The notes beneath the pieces were generated by a model, which did not search any database, was not told the origin of the DNA, and saw only the letters and a program-made list of their open reading frames with translations. A stretch of 63,983 bases of DNA, counting the filler, from Octopus bimaculoides (taxonomy: Eukaryota): the NCBI RefSeq assembly GCF_001194135.2. It is 9 parts of 6 records of this genome, joined end to end, with 100 filler letters (N's around TTAATTAATTAA, not from the genome) between each part and the next. Parts side by side here need not be neighbours in the genome. Positions count along the whole stretch, not along the records: positions 28,013 to 39,376 come from NC_068992.1; positions 39,477 to 44,734 come from NC_068989.1; positions 44,835 to 47,166 come from NC_068981.1; positions 47,267 to 60,949 come from NC_068981.1; 5 more parts are not named here. One strand, 5' to 3'. Of this stretch, positions 36,978 to 49,590 are shown piece after piece (within the stretch, counting starts at the first letter, position 1; each line of letters starts with the position of its first letter). The translations under genes were made by a program, and so were the position numbers.

Positions 36978-37579
36978 CACACACATACGCATACCAACAC
37001 ATACACACACACACACACACACACTCACAAGTGCATATTTCTGCGCGGTGTGCAGAAACATTCACATAAAGATAGAGTGGGAGAGAGACACATTACAGTT
37101 TATAGGTTGAACACGATTGATAAATACACGTTCCCACTCGTCACACACGTAAATAGAAATATACTCACACATAAGAAAAAATGTGGGAGAGAACGAGAGA
37201 AACATCAAACACCACATGTCAAATATGTCAAAACAGTGCGCCTAAAGATCTCTTATCCTTCACCTCACCAGCAGAAAATTTGAGGGCAGCTTCGTGGCAT
37301 TTTTAACACACTGCAGGAATTAGGTGCGAGAAAAACACGCCTTTAAAGATATGCATGTTGAACTAAGATGTCTTGGAATGATAACTCAATGTTAGTTGGT
37401 GAATTGTGTCTTTCAAAGCTCACAGATCTGCTGATTTCTTCGTCAACATCTTTGTTGTATGGACGCCCCCAGACGATAAGTAGACTAGTCCAATACGTAT
37501 AAATAGTGGATGTGATAGCTAGGAACTAGAAGTGAAAGATATTGATTACAAAACGTTTGATAACCTGTAGAAGAAGGAA

Positions 37580-38126
37580 GGAGGATGTTTGAGACTGACA
37601 CCCACCAAAGAAATAACAGAGAAGACAGAGAGAAAAATCATTACTTATAGAACTTTGAATATAGCGACAAGGAAGGTAGGCGTTGAGGAGAGAGAGGAAT
37701 GCTTAAAAGAAGTTAAAAAATGTGACGACATTCTATAACGGAGAACGAAAATTTGGCATGGTGGAGGTACGCTTCATTAATGGGAACGAAGCAAAGAACT
37801 ACTCCACCATCGCTTTGAAATCGGCACAGTGGGCACTCTTACCTACTTACTGTGACAGACGCGTAGCCAGAGTGAGGATAGGGAGAGTGCCACCCGAAAT
37901 TAACGAGGACTGGCTTGTGGCAGCGATCCTCTACAATACAGAGGAGAAAGCAGAGATACCGAAAATATCAAAGACAGCGGAGGTGAACTGGTTGGGGTAT
38001 GGCCTAGAAGTAATGGTACTTATCAGTCTGCCTGACCTCCACAAAATGATAGAAGAGATAGTCCTGCCCGATGAGACCAGACTGAGAGTCGTGGTGGAGG
38101 GTAGACCACCAATATGCTTCCAGTAA
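37580..38126 (+). pseudogene. Non-LTR retrotransposon ORF1-like remnant, truncated at its zinc knuckle
   Basis: ...VRIGRVPPEI...LRVVVEGRPPICFQ* resembles gag-like ORF1 just before a CX2CX4HX4C motif. Upstream frameshift; abuts a (GACA/TAACAG) repeat. Confidence 0.55.
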
Positions 38127-38692
38127 AGACTAACAGTTAGACAGACAGACAGACAGTAACAGTTAGACAGTAACAGTAACAGTAACAGTTAGACATACAG
38201 ACAGACACACAGACAGGAAATGGTGTCGCTAAATACAATAAATACACTGATTTAAAATACCAACTGACTACAAACACCCAGCAGTCTCCAGATGCACCGC
38301 CATCACCAGCACCCACGTCTGACCCTTTCTCACTTATCTCCTGTCCTTCTTTCTCTCTTTGTGTTTTTTTCTTTCTTACTTTTTTTCCTTCTTCTATCGT
38401 AATTCCTCCTTACGTAATTTATCTTCATCTTTTTTCCTTCCTTCCTTCCTTCCTTCCTTCCTTGCTCTCATTTCTTCTCTCCCTATTTTCGTTCTTTTTC
38501 CTCCTCTCTTTCTTTCCTTCCTCCCTGTTTATGTATCTTTCCTTGGTTTCTTTCTTCCTTCGCTTCTTTCATTCCTCCTTTCCTTTCTTCCTTCCTCTCT
38601 TCCTTCGTTTCTTTCTCTCTTTCCTTGAGAGAAAGAGAGAGAGAGAAAAAAAAAACCAGACAGACAGACATATTNNNNNNNNNNNNNNNNNN

Positions 38693-38754
<62 letters not shown>

Positions 38755-38756
38755 TT

Positions 38757-38788
<32 letters not shown>

Positions 38789-38919
38789 CATGTACATACA
38801 CACACACACGAGTGAGTAGACAAATGAAAGAAGGGCACTCAACGCATTTATTGGGAGTCACATGTATAGGTCAAAACTCTTTGATTCAGACTATTTGGCA
38901 CTCTGAGTTTATATACGAT

Positions 38920-39082
38920 AGCCCTCTTTCAGCTCCCGTCTACTAGATTCGCACTCGTAAAGGCATTGATCGGCCCGGGACTATAGTAAGAGACACTTGC
39001 TTAAAGTGTGGCACATCAGGACTGATCTCGAGACCAAATAGTCGGAAAGCAAACTTCTCACCAAACAGCTCTGCCTCAGCCT
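38920..39082 (-). mobile_element. SINE family B 5' half, degenerate
   Basis: CTTTCAGCTCCCGTCTAC...CCCGGGACTATAGTAAGAGACACTTGC. Confidence 0.65.
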
Positions 39083-39580
39083 AAATATTTCTCTATTTCC
39101 TTACATAATTTATTTCATCAATTTTTCTTCTACTTATTTTTTCACTCTTCATCCCCTCCACGTCATTCATCTCCATCCTTCTTACTTAACTTCGTTGTTT
39201 TTCCTTTCATCTTTTATATTTTTCGTTTCGCATCAACGCTTCTCATTTTTTAATTTTGTTCCCCCCACCGTCTCCTTCCTCTTCACGCTTTTCTTACATT
39301 TTTCCATCAAAACTGCCGCGTCTGCTTTTTGGTTTTTTTATCTTTTCGTATATTTTTACATCATCCTTTGTCTTAGNNNNNNNNNNNNNNNNNNNNNNNN
39401 NNNNNNNNNNNNNNNNNNNNTTAATTAATTAANNNNNNNNNNNNNNNNNNNNNNNNNNNNNNNNNNNNNNNNNNNNATATATATATATATAAAACTTTTT
39501 TAGTATGTAATATATGTATATATATTACATTTATAATATATAATATATATAATGATGATAATGATGACGATGATGATGAC

Positions 39581-39641
<61 letters not shown>

Positions 39642-39651
39642 TTAATAATAA
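39581..39651 (+). repeat. (AAT)n microsatellite
   Basis: Directly visible; further arrays at ~41450-41544 and 42665-42724. Confidence 0.95.
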
Positions 39652-40454
39652 TCTAACTCTAACCCTAAACCTAACCCTAACCCTAGCTCTAACCCTAACA
39701 CTAACGCTAACCCTAACCCTAACCTACCCCTAACCCTACCTCTAACCCTAACCCGAACCCTAAACCTAATCCTAAACCTAACGCTAACCCTAACCCTAAA
39801 CCTAACCCTAACCCAAACCGTAAACGTAACGCTAACCCTAACGCTAAACCTAACGCTAAACCTAACCTAACCCTAACCCTAACCATTACACTAACCATAA
39901 CCCTAACCCTAACCCTAACCCTAACCCCAACACTAACCCTAACGCTGACCCTAACCCTAACCCTAACCCTAACATTAAGGCTAACCCTAACCCTAAACTT
40001 AACCCTAACCTTAACGGTAACCCTAAACCTAAACGTAACTTAACCCTAACCCTAACCCTAACGCAAACCCCAACACTAACCCTAACACTAACTCTAGCCC
40101 TAGTACTAACCCTAACCCTACCCTAACCCTAACACTAACGCTAACCCTAACCCTAACCCTAACCCTAACCCTAACCCTAACACTAACGCTAAACCTAACC
40201 CCAAACCTAACGCTAACCCTAACCCTAATACTAACGCTAACCCTAACCCTAACCCTAAACCTAACACTAAAGCTAACCCTAACCCTGACACTATACCTAA
40301 CACTAACCCTAACCTTATCCCAAACGCTAACCCTAACCCTAATCCTAACACTAAACCTAATCCTAACCCTAATCCTAACCCTAACCCTAACCCTAACCCT
40401 AACGCTAACTCTAACCCTAACCCTAACTCTAACCCTAACCCTAGCCCTAACCCT
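39652..40454 (+). repeat. Degenerate telomere-like (CCCTAA)n interstitial array, ~800 bp
   Basis: 6-mer register CCCTAA with frequent CACTAA, CGCTAA, CTCTAA and ACCTAA variants. Confidence 0.9.
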
Positions 40455-40631
40455 ATCATAGTAGGTGCCTTATGTATAATAAAAAATATTCAGACAAATA
40501 CATAACAAAAACACCAGGACTTACAAATATATATGACATACAGAAAATTGCACTACTGGGCTCTGCACACATCCTACGCAAAACACTTTCAATACAGTAA
40601 CCATAAGAGCATCACAGAAAATCACAGCACA
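40452..40631 (+). mobile_element. R4/Dong-type (REL endonuclease) retrotransposon 3' end, 5'-truncated, cut by a gap
   Basis: PIIVGAL.IIK (frameshift) ...KTPGLTNIYDIQKIALLGSAHILRKTLSIQ*. 3' part nearly identical to ~42735-42841. Confidence 0.82.
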
Positions 40632-41400
40632 NNNNNNNNNNNNNNNNNNNNNNNNNNNNNNNNNNNNNNNNNNNNNNNNNNNNNNNNNNNNNNNNNNNNN
40701 NNNNNNNNNNNNNNNNNNNNNNNNNNNNNNNNNNNNNNNNNNNNNNNNNNNNNNNNNNNNNNNNNNNNNNNNNNNNNNNNNNNNNNNNNNNNNNNNNNNN
40801 NNNNNNNNNNNNNNNNNNNNNNNNNNNNNNNNNNNNNNNNNNNNNNNNNNNNNNNNNNNNNNNNNNNNNNNNNNNNNNNNNNNNNNNNNNNNNNNNNNNN
40901 NNNNNNNNNNNNNNNNNNNNNNNNNNNNNNNNNNNNNNNNNNNNNNNNNNNNNNNNNNNNNNNNNNNNNNNNNNNNNNNNNNNNNNNNNNNNNNNNNNNN
41001 NNNNNNNNNNNNNNNNNNNNNNNNNNNNNNNNNNNNNNNNNNNNNNNNNNNNNNNNNNNNNNNNNNNNNNNNNNNNNNNNNNNNNNNNNNNNNNNNNNNN
41101 NNNNNNNNNNNNNNNNNNNNNNNNNNNNNNNNNNNNNNNNNNNNNNNNNNNNNNNNNNNNNNNNNNNNNNNNNNNNNNNNNNNNNNNNNNNNNNNNNNNN
41201 NNNNNNNNNNNNNNNNNNNNNNNNNNNNNNNNNNNNNNNNNNNNNNNNNNNNNNNNNNNNNNNNNNNNNNNNNNNNNNNNNNNNNNNNNNNNNNNNNNNN
41301 NNNNNNNNNNNCTCGAAAAATAAGAGGTGTTACCTTAGTTCACTGGTAGTGAACAGCTGACACTGTAGTACATCTCCAGCGTTAGAAGCTGTGCAAAGGC

Positions 41401-41442
<42 letters not shown>

Positions 41443-41473
41443 AACGACAATAATAATAGTAATAATAACAATG

Positions 41474-41544
<71 letters not shown>

Positions 41545-41546
<2 letters not shown>

Positions 41547-41697
41547 TTTTATGATTCAGTGCAACCATGAGATTGAGAATAGGAAGCTGGATATAGTCTT
41601 AATTGAGAAAGAAAACACACTATGCTGGATCATAGACATAGCATGCCCAACTGACAACAAGGTATACGATCAGGAAGAAAGAAAAGTCGAGAGATAT
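41545..41697 (+). pseudogene. REL (PD-(D/E)xK) endonuclease fragment of an R4/Dong-type element
   Basis: DFMIQCNHEIENRKLDIVLIEKENTLCWIIDIACPTDNKVYDQEERKVERY matches the R.PDIV...IIDIACP.D...E..K...Y pattern. Confidence 0.8.
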
Positions 41698-41698
41698 C

Positions 41699-42664
41699 AG
41701 CAAACAAGCTGATGTCGACCAGAAACGCACGCATCAGTGGTTACGAAGTTCAGGGCTAAAAGCAGAGAGTGAAGGTTTCATATTGGCTGCTCAAGACCAA
41801 AGCTTATTAACCTGGAACTACCAAGCCAATGTGATAAAAAATGGAGTTGACCCAAAATGCCGATTTTGTAACGATGCAATTGAAACTATAGACCACCTAA
41901 TCTCAGGGTGTAGAGTCTTAGCACCTGTAGAATATAAAGCAAGACATGACAGTGTTGGCCAGTATTTACACTGGACAATATGTCAGCATTATAAAATCAA
42001 AACAGCTGACAAATGGTATAAACACCATCCTGAAGCTGTGACTGAGGGAGAAAATGTAGAGTNNNNNNNNNNNNNNNNNNNNNNNNNNNNNNNNNNNNNN
42101 NNNNNNNNNNNNNNNNNNNNNNNNNNNNNNNNNNNNNNNNNNNNNNNNNNNNNNNNNNNNNNNNNNNNNNNNNNNNNNNNNNNNNNNNNNNNNNNNNNNN
42201 NNNNNNNNNNNNNNNNNNNNNNNNNNNNNNNNNNNNNNNNNNNNNNNNNNNNNNNNNNNNNNNNNNNNNNNNNNNNNNNNNNNNNNNNNNNNNNNNNNNN
42301 NNNNNNNNNNNNNNNNNNNNNNNNNNNNNNNNNNNNNNNNNNNNNNNNNNNNNNNNNNNNNNNNNNNNNNNNNNNNNNNNNNNNNNNNNNNNNNNNNNNN
42401 NNNNNNNNNNNNNNNNNNNNNNNNNNNNNNNNNNNNNNNNNNNNNNNNNNNNNNNNNNNNNNNNNNNNNNNNNNNNNNNNNNNNNNNNNNNNNNNNNNNN
42501 NNNNNNNNNNNNNNNNNNNNNNNNNNNNNNNNNNNNNNNNNNNNNNNNNNNNNNNNNNNNNNNNNNNNNNNNNNNNNNNNNNNNNNNNNNNNNNNNNNNN
42601 NNNNNNNNNNNNNNNNNNNNNNNNNNNNNNNNNNNNNNNNNNNNNNNNNNNNNNNNNNNNNNNN

Positions 42665-42727
<63 letters not shown>

Positions 42728-42931
42728 GATAATACAAATATATATAACATACAGAAAATTGCACTACTGGGCACTGCACACATCCTACGCAAAACACTTT
42801 CAATACAGTAACCATAAGAGCATCACAGCAAACCACAGCACATACCCAAGGCACACAGAGCTGCGCTCGGTAGTGAAGTGAAAGCACGTTATAAAAATAA
42901 AACTACTGAACAATAATGATAATAATAATAT
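41699..42931 (+). mobile_element. R4/Dong-type retrotransposon 3' region (zinc knuckle, RHD, C-terminus, 3' UTR, AAT tail), gap inside
   Basis: HQWLRSSGLKAESEGFILAAQDQ...CRFC...ETIDHLISGC...RHD; after the gap IQKIALLGTAHILRKTLSIQ* (stop 42809-42811), ~100 bp UTR, then AATAATGATAATAAT. Confidence 0.85.
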
Positions 42932-43673
42932 TAACAAGTAATATTATGAATTACGAAGGGCAACACAGACTCTGGGAATATTTAATTTCAAAAAGGATCA
43001 AGCACATGACGACAAGTAATTTCTCTACCTTTTTATCTGAATGACGATAGCATCGTTCAGTAGTTAAGAAGTTAGGTTTACAATCACGTGGTTTCGAGTT
43101 CATTGTTAGTGTGTGGGGCAATGAATATGTATCTTCATCTATAATTCATGCTGAGCAATGTGACAGAAAATTCGGTAGAGGGAAAATATGCACGCGCGCA
43201 CGCGCACACATTTATGTTTATCGAGAGTGTATGTGTGTGTGTGTGTGTATGAGCTTGTGTGTAGCACAACAGGTGAGCGTAAATTTCAGATATAGTTCAT
43301 TATTCAATTGTATCCAACAGCTGTTTTATTAAGTTAAACACCACTCCAAATATATAATCACATAATAGTGATGCACAAATTAATTTAGACTAAATTAATT
43401 TAAGTTAAAATAATTTATAAACAGCGCTTAGCTAAATCAGCAAGGACGTTATGTTAATCAGAGAATCGTTAGTGAGTAAAATTTGAACTTTATGTCAAAT
43501 TTATGCATTTCTGCTTTTGTGTTCTATATATTTTGCTCTTAAAGATCGTTAACTGATTATGTATGTACATGCAAGTCGGTGCCACTTGGATTTATGGTAA
43601 TGTAATGACCCGTCAGAGTTTATCAACCTCTCATTAATTACGCTTTTGATGACCGAGAATTTAATCTTTTATG

Positions 43674-43760
43674 TACGAGTGTGGGCTGAGAAGTTCATAG
43701 AAGTGATGCTAAAACTGTGAAATCTTGCATGCATTACTTTCAGCGTGTATGCACATCAAA
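43674..43760 (+). mobile_element. Possible mariner terminal remnant
   Basis: TACGAGTGTGGGCTGAGAAGTTCATAG resembles mariner TIRs of the TACGAGGG...GAAAAGTTC type; no partner found. Confidence 0.35.
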
Positions 43761-43794
43761 TATTTATACATACAAACATAAATAGATAGATAGA

Positions 43795-44178
43795 TTGTTG
43801 TTGGTACTCCGTCGCTTACGACGTCGAGGGTTCGAGTTGATCCGATCAACGGAACAGCCTGCTCGTGAAATTAACGTGCAAGTGGCTGAGCACTCCACAG
43901 ACACGTGTACCCTTAACGTAGTTCTCGGGGATATTCAGCGTGACACAGTGTGACAAGGCTGACCCTTTGAATTACAGGCACAACAGAAACAGGAAGTAAG
44001 AGTGAGAGAAAGTTGTGGTGAAAGAGTACAGCAGGGTTCGCCACCATCCCCTGCCGGAGCCTCGTGGAGCTTTAGGTGTTTTCGCTCAATAAACACACAA
44101 CACCCGGTCTGGGAATCGAAACCGCGATCCTATGACCACGAGTCCGCTACCCTAACCACTGGGCCATTGTCCCTCCAC
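43795..44178 (-). mobile_element. tRNA-derived SINE family D, full length
   Basis: Head GTGGAGGGACAATGGCCCAGTGGTTAGGG (A box) and GGTTTCGATTCCC (B box); (CAA)n tail. Confidence 0.85.
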
Positions 44179-44394
44179 NNNNNNNNNNNNNNNNNNNNNN
44201 NNNNNNNNNNNNNNNNNNNNNNNNNNNNNNNNNNNNNNNNNNNNNNNNNNNNNNNNNNNNACATACATACATACATACATGCATACATATATACATACAT
44301 ACATGCATACATACATACATACATACATGCATACATATATACATACATACATGCATACATACATAAATACATGATGATAATGGTGAAGGTACAG

Positions 44395-44625
44395 ATTACG
44401 AGTTCAGGTTTAAACTTCTAATTGCTGGGGCATTGGGATATGACAAACTGCCTAAGCACCAATCTTGAGAAATTAGGCTTCTCAAAACCAGAAAGGAGAA
44501 GGTTGATTCGAAGACTACAGATCCAAACCATCATTGGAACTACAAAAATCTGCAAAACTTTCCAGAAGTTTATCATTTAAGTATATATGAACATGTCTAG
44601 ACATGCAGCTATATACATGAGAATA
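44395..44625 (+). pseudogene. C-terminal fragment of a second REL-type non-LTR retrotransposon lineage
   Basis: YEFRFKLLIAGALG (frameshift) TNCLSTNLEKLGFSKPERRRLIRRLQIQTIIGTTKICKTFQKFII*. GALG and Q...GT..I.K.F patterns. Confidence 0.65.
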
Positions 44626-44877
44626 CAAACATACATACATACTTAAATGCATATTCATACATACATATATATGTGCATATCTATGTATACATGAATATGT
44701 ATGCATACATATGTGTATATATATATATATATATNNNNNNNNNNNNNNNNNNNNNNNNNNNNNNNNNNNNNNNNNNNNTTAATTAATTAANNNNNNNNNN
44801 NNNNNNNNNNNNNNNNNNNNNNNNNNNNNNNNNNTACAATTTTTGTGAGACGCTGCGTTCAATCATGTAAAAACAAA

Positions 44878-45023
44878 AGTAAATGAGTATATGCATATAT
44901 ACGTACAGGTATGTGCATACCGACATCCACCTGTATGTATAGGTGCATATCTAGGTACAGGACATTGCAAACAAACGTAGACGAGAACACACGAGCCACA
45001 TAGAGAACATTCTACTTCATCAG

Positions 45024-45026
<3 letters not shown>
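44878..45026 (-). mobile_element. Repeat family E copy, inverted relative to 9387-9535
   Basis: Reverse complement is near-identical to 9387-9535. Confidence 0.8.
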
Positions 45027-45067
<41 letters not shown>

Positions 45068-45714
45068 TATATTATTATATGATTGAACGCCACGCATCCT
45101 TTTCCAAGTAAGTTTTATCTTAACTCCGATGCGACTCTATTCTCCCTATTACTCTTTCGTTCTTTTTTCTCTCTTCTCCCACTATTCTATCCTTTTGCTC
45201 TGTCGTTTTCTCACTTCCTTTCTCTTATTCTTTTACCTTTTCTTCTCCTATTATCCTATCCTTTTACTCTTTCGTTTTCTCTCTTCCTTTCTCTTATTCT
45301 TTTGCCTCCCCTTCTCCCTCTTTCTTTTTTCTCTCATATCCTGTCTCCAAATCTTTTCCTCTCCCCTTCACAGTTCTCTGTCACTCTCTCTCCCTCACTC
45401 TTCCTCCTTTACTCACGTGGCCTCAACGTGACCATCAGCAATTTTTCTTTCTTCTCCTAATTTGTGTTTCTTTCCTGTTTGTTTTCACTGTCCTGTTTTT
45501 GTCATAAACCCTGATCATCCGCAAGATCGCAAATTTTGTTTAATTTGCTTTGCGGGAGCAACTGTTTTATCGTAGGCGCATCTTGTCGGGAATTGCTCAA
45601 AATACGGATTAGCAAAACAGCCGACAACTGATGAAGGGTCGTTCTTTCTGTTGCTTGTCTTGTTTTCCATTTGTTTTTTTTTTTTTTCGTTGCTTGCAAA
45701 AAAGTTCTTATTCC

Positions 45715-46009
45715 ATGTCAGGACTTATTCTTCGTAAACCTAGTACTTATTCTAACGGCCTCTTTTGCCGAACCGCTAAGTTACGGTGGTGTAAATACAC
45801 CAATATTGGTTGTCAAGTGATGGTAGGGCGGAGTACCAACACAGATACAAAGACACACACACATAAATATATACATATATATATGCGTCGGGCTTCTTTC
45901 AGTTTCCGTCCACCAAATGCACACGCAAATCTTTGGTCCAAGGTGCCAAGCAGTGGGACTGAACCCGGGATCATGTGATTGGGAAGTAAGCTCCTTATCA
46001 CACAGCTAC
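45715..46009 (-). mobile_element. SINE family B with an internal deletion
   Basis: TTTTGCCGAACCGCTAAGTTACG...GGGCTTCTTTCAGTTTCCGTC...GCAGTGGGACTGAACCCGGGA...CACACAGCTAC. Confidence 0.82.
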
Positions 46010-46895
46010 ATATATGTATATACAATTCACATAATATTACATCTAAAAGCGTTAGGCAATAGGTATATACAATTAGTTTTCAGTTTGACATGAAATTCCA
46101 CTTGAACTGTAACTACAAGGAGGAATGTTATATTTGCCTAATGGCGATCGGCTCCATGTGGTTTTTCAGCTGCGCATGTACGCGTTTGATAGAATGGAAG
46201 TATAACTTGGCAAACAACAAGCATCAGTTCAGATTATGATCTTTATATATTTCGACGTGAGGGTTGTGTGGTTGCATGAGTATAGAGCATAAGAAGGAAT
46301 GAAGTAAGAACGTCTCTTACAGCTGTTTCAAGTATAGATGCGCAGACGGTATATTTTCTGCAAACGATATGCGGCCAACGTTATAGTAGTGGTGATGAAG
46401 AAGATCGCTGCGAGATTGAGGTTCAATTCCACAATATTGATACCAACGAATTAGGTGTTCTCTTAAGATTAGTATACACTAGATGAGCAATACAATACAT
46501 GAGCAAAAACACATAGGCAACAATAATTGACAAACTACAATTCTATACAAGATTCTGAAGGGATTTTGCTAATAGGAAAATATAAATGAAAATGTCAGCA
46601 CATATATAGAATACAGGCGAAATAATTAATGTACATGAATTATCGGACTTAACTGTTGATTAGGTTTTAAGTCCAGCAACGAACGGGAATAAAAATCACC
46701 CGCACATCTATAATCCTTTGCAACCCAAAGCAAATGCACGGAAAGTTGCTATTCTACAATAATTTTATTCTGAGGACTGAGCTGAGCTTCGAAATGCTGA
46801 CTAATGGATTTTGGAGCGTTAATGTTCATAATGAATATAAAGACTAATAGGGAGCTATTAAATATCTGAATTAAAGGGAGCATAATCTTACACGT

Positions 46896-46937
<42 letters not shown>

Positions 46938-47279
46938 TCAAGCTCACACACATGCACGCACACAGACGTACATCAATATAATTAGGCTACTTTTTCATTG
47001 GTTTCAGTAATTAGATTGAAAAACATACTGGCGGGAAGGAGGGACCTACATTCAAGGGATTTAATCAATTATTCTAAACACCAAAGGAGATTTACCAATC
47101 TTTAAGTTGGCCTGGCTTCACCTGTGTGTGTATATGTGTGTATGTGAATGTGTGTGTGTGTGTGTGNNNNNNNNNNNNNNNNNNNNNNNNNNNNNNNNNN
47201 NNNNNNNNNNTTAATTAATTAANNNNNNNNNNNNNNNNNNNNNNNNNNNNNNNNNNNNNNNNNNNNGAGAGAGAGAGCT

Positions 47280-47352
<73 letters not shown>

Positions 47353-48068
47353 GAGATACCATTAACTAAATATATTAAATATATTCAGAAGAGAAACACA
47401 TGTGCACAAACATATAAATATTTATATACTTATATATATATATATATATAAACAAATAAATTTACATTGTCTTGTAGCATAAAAAATGCAGCATATGCAG
47501 GGGAAAATACAACTTTTTTTCTCCTGATGGAGAAAGCCGGTCTTATGGTAATGTCACCATGCGACTGGTTGCATATCTATGACTTTTTGTACATTCCATC
47601 AGCTAATTATGAACATTACAATTCTTACGTAATTTGGAGCTTCCAGAAACAGTTATCGAGGTAAAAAAAAATGTATGCATATTCCCCTTAGTTTTCTGTA
47701 TTTTCTATGCTTCATATAAAAGTAAATTTATTTGTCTATATATATATATAAACATCTATATCGTCCGAATATATATAGTTAGTTGTATATATGTCTTTCT
47801 GTCTTCTGTCTCTTTCTCTATATATATTTATACACACACACATATACTTATTTGTGTGTGTGTGTGTGTGTGTTTGTGTGTATGCATATCTATGTATATG
47901 TCAAACTCAATCTTGTTTATCTGCCTTACTATCTCCATATCATCTCACCTGGATTTCTCTTACCCCGTGGACCCAGTCCACGGCAAAGACTTTAGGGTTG
48001 ATGTTCAAATCATTGGAACACTACTACGTGTTTTCTATAATGAGCATTTTAAGCTCTCGACTTTTGAC

Positions 48069-48117
<49 letters not shown>

Positions 48118-48160
48118 ATATCTATCTATCTATCTACCTACCTACCTGCCTACCTACCTA

Positions 48161-48191
<31 letters not shown>

Positions 48192-48277
48192 TTCTGTCTG
48201 TCTGTCTGTCTGTCTGTCTTTCTGTCTTTCTGTATGTCTGTCTGTATACATATACACACACACATATATATCTATAT

Positions 48278-48315
<38 letters not shown>

Positions 48316-49484
48316 GAATGTCTATATGCATATATGAATGTCTTTTCGTATGTGTATATGGGTGTGTATATGTGTGCATATTTCATTCTTCAATTTCAGT
48401 ACTAGATCACATGGTATCTTCATCTTTTCATGCGTAGAAACATACCATACTTCTCAGGAGAGACAAACATCCAACTTTCGGGAATGATGAAGGCACAACG
48501 ACGCGTTTTCTATAATGGATCAAATGAGATTGTAAAGGTTAGCATTATCATACTTGAAACTTTAAATACATTTATATAGAGAAGTTTCATAGCGCCATTC
48601 TGAGTCTCTATTGCTGTGCAATTATCTCTGGGAGAATTGAAACTCTTTTCCCTCTATATAATGCAACAGTCCCACTTTCTATCTTCATAAAAGTATTTCT
48701 AAGTGCTCCAGTACAGCTAATAGTGACATAAAAGGATATATATCATTTAGAGAATATCTCTTTAAGTGAGCAGCAATCTTGTAACATACGTCATCATTCG
48801 ACACAGAAAGACACTCTACCGCTTCAATATGTAGATGTATTTGAGTTATACTTGTATTTTTTAATGCTATTTGCAGCAAAGAACAAAAAATCAAACTTCC
48901 ATTTACAGGAAACTTGATATTGCGAGGTGCTAATGAATGTTTTGCTTTTATATTTTCATGTTCCTACCTAATTAAATTGTTTGAATAGTCGGTAGCGTGA
49001 AACTCAGTCTTACAATACAGTATACACTCACTTTATGCATTGAACAATTTTAGCCATATGTGTCTGTGTGCATCTGTGCGCGCGTGTGTGTTTATATGCT
49101 TGTGTATGTACAACACTTCACAACGCCCAGTTTTCCTTATAGTGTTGAATTAATTAAGTTAATGCATGTTCCTTAAAATTATCAGATAAAAGTTACATAA
49201 AAAAAGCAAAAACAATAACTCGTTAGCACTTTATATCAATTTTTAGCGACTAATATTTCTTCATCTGAAGAAAAATACGAAGCACATAAAGAGTAATAAA
49301 AATTCCCTATGAGATTGTAATGGTTAGCATTATTATACTTCAAACTTTAAATATATTTATATAGTGAAGTTTCAAAGCGTCATTTTGAGTCTCTACTGCT
49401 GTGATATTTTCCCTTTTCCCTCTATATAATGCAATTGTATTGAGTTTCCCAATCCAAAATTATATTAAATTTCCCAATCACAAA

Positions 49485-49590
49485 GCTTAGGCTGGTATAA
49501 GGCTTTGAGTGAAAATATTTGTCCAAGGTGCCACGCAGTCGGATTAAAACTCATGCTACTTATTTGCGAAGGAGATTTGTTAGACATACA
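49485..49590 (-). mobile_element. SINE family B head, degenerate
   Basis: TGTCCAAGGTGCCACGCAGTCGGATTAAAAC. Confidence 0.55.

Noticed and set aside
39652-40454. True chromosome end, or the Leu-Gly ORF at 40118-40459
   Set aside because: The array is internal and degenerate with unique DNA on both sides; the ORF is the repeat translation.
44103-44178. tRNA genes at SINE heads
   Set aside because: A and B boxes are present but there is no complete cloverleaf, and each continues into a SINE body.
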